From: Candidatus Bathyarchaeota archaeon
Lineage (GTDB): Archaea > Thermoproteota > Bathyarchaeia > Bathyarchaeales > Bathycorpusculaceae
Reading direction: 5' to 3'
DNA: 38,400 bases
Assembly (NCBI GenBank): GCA_020350385.1
Contig: CP070714.1
Coordinates: 581,861-620,260 of the forward strand
Shown here in pieces: positions 35,975 through 38,400 of the stretch. Position 1 is the first letter of the stretch. The number at the start of each line of letters is the position of its first letter. The position numbers and the translations under genes are program-made. The notes below the pieces were generated by a model. It saw only the letters and a list, made by a program, of their open reading frames with translations. It searched no databases and was not told where the DNA came from.

Positions 35975-37494
35975 TGTCAAAACTATTGCGTGGAGGACGG
36001 CTATCACCAGTGCGAGAAGACGTTGCCAAATTCACCTCATCAATGAAAAACGACATCAGACTATCGAAGGCTGTAATAGACATTAACAAAGCCCACGTGA
36101 TAATGCTGATGGAGCAGAAAATCCTCAAGCAGTCAGACGGACCAAAACTTCTGAAAGCACTAGTGAAGTGCTCCAGCATCAAGTTAGATGCTTCTGCTGA
36201 AGACATTCACATGGCGGTAGAAGAAGCAGTACTCAAAGATGCAGGAGAGACAGCAGGCGGAAACCTCCATATCGCCAAGAGCAGAAACGACCAAGCTGCC
36301 ACAGCCATCCGCATGGAATTACGAAAAGAGCTGCTTAATCTGATGCGTGCCGTAGCTCATGTGCAAGATCACTTAGCCGAGGTTGCAGAAGACCACGTGA
36401 ACACCGTCATTTTGGAGTACACTCACCTGCAACCCGCGCAGCCAGTGACGTTCGCCCATTACCTTCTGTCACACTTCGCTGCGCTAGAACGCGACCTGCA
36501 AAGAATTCAGAGCGCTTACACAAGAGTTAATCTTTGCCCGCTCGGCGCAGGAGCCTTAGCTACAACAAGCTTCCCAATAAACCGCGACAGAACCGCAGAA
36601 CTCTTAGGCTTCAACGGCTTAGCGGAAAACTCGATTGACGCTGTAGGTAGCCGAGACTTCATCACTGAAACTATCGCGGTCCTCACGCTTATCGCTGTAA
36701 ACCTAAGTCGCTTTGCCGAGGACCTCATAATCTGGGGTTCCCCGGACTTCGGAGTAGTGGAGCTTCCAGACGAGTTCACCAGCACCAGCAGCATCATGCC
36801 ACAGAAAAAAAACCCTGAGGTCTTGGAGGTCATCCGGGCAAGAGCCAGCCATGTGCTGGGTGATTTTATGGCTTCAGCCGCTGCGGTGAAGAGTTTGCCG
36901 TCCACGTATAACCTTGACTTTCAGGAAATCACGCCCAAGCTCTGGCAATCCATAGAAAACGTGCGTGCTTCGCTGAATATGTTCCACAAGCTGCTTCCAA
37001 AACTTAAAGTAACCGCGGATGTCTATGACAAAGCTAACGCAAGTTTTGTGGCTGCGACCGAGTTGGCTAACATGCTTGTCTGTAAATATAATGTACCGTT
37101 CCGAACAGCGCACAAGGTAGTCGGTGCCCTTGTCAAGTCTTTGATAGAGGCGAAACTAACTTACGCAGATGTTACGCCTGAATTGCTGCAGAAAGCGGCT
37201 AAGAATGTTGCAGGCATCAAATTAGCAGTCACGGCTAAAGACCTGAAAGCGCTCGCAAATCCGCTTGCGCTGGTTGAAGCCTGTAAAGTCAAGGGCGGAC
37301 CCGCGCCCGTCGAGGTCAAAAAAGCGATAGAATTATGGAAGAAAAAGTTGTTTCTAACCAAATCCAATATATTGCAGATGGACAAGGAGCTTGAAGAGGC
37401 TGAAAACAAATTGGAGAAGGTCGTCAAATCATATTTTCCTGTGGGTTCCTGCGAAAACGCAACACTTAAGAGTTCAAACTTGGAGGATGTATAG
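35974..37494 (+). CDS. argH: argininosuccinate lyase
   Basis: LRGGRL, SRNDQAATAIRM and the signature TSSIMPQKKNPEV. ATG 35974 overlaps the argG TAA as TAATG. The upstream part of the track ORF (35896) is read-through of the argG 3' end. Confidence 0.95.
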   Translation: MSKLLRGGRLSPVREDVAKFTSSMKNDIRLSKAVIDINKAHVIMLMEQKILKQSDGPKLLKALVKCSSIKLDASAEDIHMAVEEAVLKDAGETAGGNLHIAKSRNDQAATAIRMELRKELLNLMRAVAHVQDHLAEVAEDHVNTVILEYTHLQPAQPVTFAHYLLSHFAALERDLQRIQSAYTRVNLCPLGAGALATTSFPINRDRTAELLGFNGLAENSIDAVGSRDFITETIAVLTLIAVNLSRFAEDLIIWGSPDFGVVELPDEFTSTSSIMPQKKNPEVLEVIRARASHVLGDFMASAAAVKSLPSTYNLDFQEITPKLWQSIENVRASLNMFHKLLPKLKVTADVYDKANASFVAATELANMLVCKYNVPFRTAHKVVGALVKSLIEAKLTYADVTPELLQKAAKNVAGIKLAVTAKDLKALANPLALVEACKVKGGPAPVEVKKAIELWKKKLFLTKSNILQMDKELEEAENKLEKVVKSYFPVGSCENATLKSSNLEDV

Positions 37495-37789
37495 GGCTTT
37501 GGTCCTAGAACTTAATTCCAGCAAAGACCAAAAAGCGGTTCTAATATCAGAAGAAGGCCCCTTTTCAATTGATTATCGATTTGGAGCCCATCCGCCTAGA
37601 AACGGCTATGGCGTTCCAAGCCATAGCGCTAACTTCGACAGCGGAATTCCAGTTTGTTTTGAATCTTATCAAAATCACGTCACAATTCTTACAACAAAGG
37701 GAATTGACGTGAAAACCCGTTGCGGGTTTTCTGCAATAACCTTGGATAACTGGTCAATAAACAATGCAATATTAAACGAACGGAGATGA
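37487..37789 (+). pseudogene. possible eroded carA (CPSase small subunit N-domain) remnant
   Basis: AVLISEEGPFSIDYRFGA has the same spacing as the CarA N-terminus (AVLiLEDGt......FGA). Weaker traces follow: NGYGV, FDSGI and GIDVKTR versus GNYGV, FES.GI and IDTR. About 38 aa of the conserved core and the whole glutaminase domain are missing. The ORF also contains two strong hairpins. Confidence 0.35.
37711..37731 (+). terminator. terminator-like hairpin GAAAACCCG-TTG-CGGGTTTTC
   Basis: A perfect 9-bp stem with a 3-nt loop, its 3' arm ending in TTTT. It lies about 215 nt downstream of the argH stop and inside the putative carA relic. Confidence 0.3.
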
Positions 37790-37798
37790 ATGTGAAAA

Positions 37799-38170
37799 TT
37801 GCCAGAAATAGAAGATATCAAGAAAGTCCTGATCATAGGAAGCGGGGCGATAAAAATTGGCGAGGCAGGCGAATTCGACTATTCAGGCGCGCAAGCGATA
37901 AAAGCAGTTAAAGAAGAAGGAATAGAGGATGTTCTCGTCAATCCGAACGTTGCCACACTTCAAACTGGTAAAAAATTTGTAGGCGATAAAGCGTATTTCC
38001 TGCTGACAACACCTGAATTTGTGGAAAAAGTAGTTGAAAAAGAAAGACCAGGCGGAATTTTCCTTGGATTCGGCGGTCAAATTGCTTTAAATTGTGGAAC
38101 AGAATTGGCAGAAAGAAGAATTTTGGAGATTAATATTATCGAAAGTGGAGATGAACATGCCCTTACGTAA
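37799..38170 (+). pseudogene. carB-like N-terminal (pre-ATP-grasp) fragment, 123 aa
   Basis: [49 protein letters not shown]....[30 protein letters not shown] is colinear with CarB residues 1 to about 115. It then terminates, overlapping the start of the intact carB. It has a TTG start only. It is diverged from the intact copy at both protein and DNA level. Confidence 0.55.
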
Positions 38171-38400
38171 CGATATTAAGAAGATTATGATTATTGGTTC
38201 CGGACCAATTGTTATAGGGCAGGCTTGTGAGTTCGATTATTCTGGTACCCAAGCATGTAAGGCCTTGAAATCGTTAGGTTACCAGATTGTGTTGGTTAAC
38301 TCAAATCCGGCAACAATTATGACTGACCCCGATATGGCGGATGCCACTTATATCGAACCCCTCAATCTTGAGACGATGATTAAAATCATCGAGAAAGAAC
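38151..38400 (+). CDS. carB: carbamoyl-phosphate synthase large subunit, 5' partial (runs off the window)
   Basis: Hand translation gives [83 protein letters not shown], a canonical CarB N-terminus. It is absent from the ORF track because no stop lies in the window. Confidence 0.92.
   Translation, partial: MNMPLRNDIKKIMIIGSGPIVIGQACEFDYSGTQACKALKSLGYQIVLVNSNPATIMTDPDMADATYIEPLNLETMIKIIEKE

Noticed and set aside
37391-37789. 132-aa track ORF as a genuine protein-coding gene
   Set aside because: Its first 34 codons are out-of-frame overlap with the argH 3' end, and it contains two strong hairpins. Only patchy CarA-like similarity remains. I retain it only as a possible pseudogene starting at 37487.
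1-38400. CRISPR arrays, tRNA/rRNA genes, IS elements, integrases, prophage or toxin-antitoxin/defence modules
   Set aside because: By eye I found no direct-repeat/spacer periodicity and no tRNA T-loop/acceptor signatures in the intergenic regions. I also found no transposase-, integrase- or nuclease-like ORFs. An Infernal/tRNAscan/ISfinder run would be needed to exclude small elements definitively.

Overview
Dense archaeal chromosomal window of about 40 genes, with no rRNA, tRNA, CRISPR array or mobile element detected by eye. Archaeal hallmarks are aRF1 (NIKS and GGQ motifs), RtcB plus archease, a LysW carrier-protein cluster, the H4MPT/F420 enzymes Mtd and Ftr, BRE/TATA-like promoters (AAAGC-TTTAAAT type) and GGTGA/GGAGG ribosome-binding sites. 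A eukaryote-type topoisomerase IB together with H4MPT C1 genes suggests a Bathyarchaeia-like or other TACK/Thermoproteota lineage; this is inference with no search run. Most of the window is amino-acid biosynthesis. (1) A complete DapL-type diaminopimelate lysine operon, dapA-dapB-lysC-asd-lysA-dapF-dapL, lies on the minus strand (18435 to 11015). (2) A lysW-lysX-argC/lysY-argB/lysZ-argD/lysJ-argE/lysK cluster (24438-30133) has a divergent Lrp/AsnC regulator. (3) A thrC-hom-aspartokinase operon runs 33860 to 30136. (4) argG-argH (34766-37494) is followed by apparent carA and carB relics and then an intact carB that runs off the window end. Housekeeping genes include an Obg-like GTPase, rtcB, adk, archease, an M42 peptidase, mtd, an FrhB-family protein, ftr and aRF1. 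The most notable sequence-level observations are listed here. First, a gapless 57-nt element, 50/57 identical, sits upstream of both lysW and argG and is a candidate shared operator/promoter. Second, a DUF167/YggU gene missed by the ORF track carries an in-frame TGA and is ATGA-coupled to topoisomerase IB. Third, eroded carA-like and carB-N-terminal fragments lie directly upstream of the intact carB. Fourth, the LysX/ArgX ATP-grasp ligase has an insertion of about 75 aa. Fifth, a cross-brace zinc-finger protein has a very basic tail. I see no obvious defence island or mobile-element-like system. All family calls rest on motif recognition from the translated ORFs.
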